A DNA stretch of 35,325 nucleotides from the IMG/VR virus record IMGVR_UViG_3300045988_166883, positions 1 through 35,325 of that record; one strand, 5' to 3'. The translations under genes and the position numbers were made by a program. How positions within the stretch are numbered: position 1 is the first letter of the stretch; each line of letters starts with the position of its first letter. Of the stretch, positions 34,940-35,325 are shown one piece after another. The DNA comes from a virus. The notes under the pieces were generated by a model. It did no database searches and had not been told where the DNA came from. It worked only from the letters and a program-made list of their open reading frames with translations.

Positions 34940-35325
34940 CGTTTGTGTCCTCCGCCATTGCTCTAGCCATCTGTGCCTTGTTTTTGTCGATAGACTTGTT
35001 GGCAAGCCTAAGTCCGAAATAGACAGTCATATGGTTGACTCTTGCCTTCTTGAACTTCTTACGCATCGACTTTCCCCAGATAGTCTGGGATAGCTTGGGC
35101 TGATTCTCCTTCAATGCCCATGTGATGAAGCTGTTATACAGCTCGCTTGCTGTGTTGGGGAAATCCTCTGGAGCTGTGTCCGTGCATTCATCAAGCCATA
35201 TCTGAATCTCATCGGATTCTTCCTTGTATTCGTTTGTCAAATCGAGTGAACACTGAGGAATATCCGCAAGACCTTTCTTGAAATACATCTTTGCCCCATC
35301 GATAAGCCACGCAAGGATCTGTGGA
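34923..35325 (-). CDS. 3' end (C-terminal ~134 aa) of the same primase/helicase gene
   Basis: ORF-track frame 34923..35288 continues upstream to the window edge without a stop. Bases 35185-35325 are identical to 1-141, so this is the tail of the gene whose 5' part is 1..2132. Confidence 0.8.
   Translation of the reverse strand, partial: PQILAWLIDGAKMYFKKGLADIPQCSLDLTNEYKEESDEIQIWLDECTDTAPEDFPNTASELYNSFITWALKENQPKLSQTIWGKSMRKKFKKARVNHMTVYFGLRLANKSIDKNKAQMARAMAEDTNDENEI
35185..35325. repeat. 141-bp terminal duplication (identical to 1..141): circular contig overlap or terminal redundancy
   Basis: Direct comparison of the window ends: cattcatcaagccatatctg...gcaaggatctgtgga occurs at both. Confidence 0.9.

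Noticed and set aside
1-35325. Searched by eye for integrase/recombinase, reverse transcriptase (DGR/retron), tRNA and CRISPR-Cas.
   Set aside because: None recognised; no ORF shows tyrosine/serine recombinase or RT motifs, and there is no cloverleaf-like conserved tRNA stretch.

Overview
This window is a circularly closed tailed-phage genome of about 35.18 kb. Bases 35185-35325 repeat bases 1-141 exactly, so the junction runs through one large minus-strand primase/helicase gene. That gene is an open frame from 2132 down to base 1 with no stop inside the window, so the ORF track misses it; its 3' end is the 34923..35288 ORF. Almost every gene is on the minus strand; the only plus-strand unit is a two-gene cassette (4983-5614) ending in a VRR-NUC nuclease. 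Reading the minus strand from high to low coordinates: (1) an AT-rich island (33.7 to 30.7 kb) carrying a DEAH/ResIII-type SF2 helicase with a zinc ribbon and three small ORFs, two of them on near-identical promoter plus palindrome cassettes with their own terminators; (2) an 0.85-kb non-coding block (30.7 to 29.9 kb) with an 11-bp x5 tandem repeat, a C9 tract, paired 22-bp direct repeats and about 11 copies of an ACTATGTC iteron, lying just upstream of terS; (3) terS and terL; (4) a 1.8-kb stretch between terL and portal containing only very short ORFs or pseudo-ORFs; (5) an SPP1-like head module (portal, gp7-like minor head protein, scaffold, major capsid protein); (6) a double-terminator leader with a candidate ~65-nt sRNA; (7) tail/virion genes including a 1069-aa Tal-like protein, two tail fibres and a holin-like protein, with no recognisable tape-measure protein or endolysin; (8) about 15 small early genes, including a lipoprotein, tandem paralogues and an acidic protein; (9) a recombination/replication module (HTH regulator, Cas4-like exonuclease, Sak4-like ATPase, SSB-like protein, primase/helicase, one unknown 267-aa protein). 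Genes use Shine-Dalgarno sites. Promoters follow TTGAC/TT - N16 - TATAAT with a conserved ATTTTATAAA spacer motif. I found no integrase, tRNA, CRISPR array or reverse transcriptase. Several ORF-track N-termini are TTG-start extensions and I trimmed them to ATG codons with ribosome-binding sites. Coordinates of hand-located non-coding features are approximate (about +/-3 nt).
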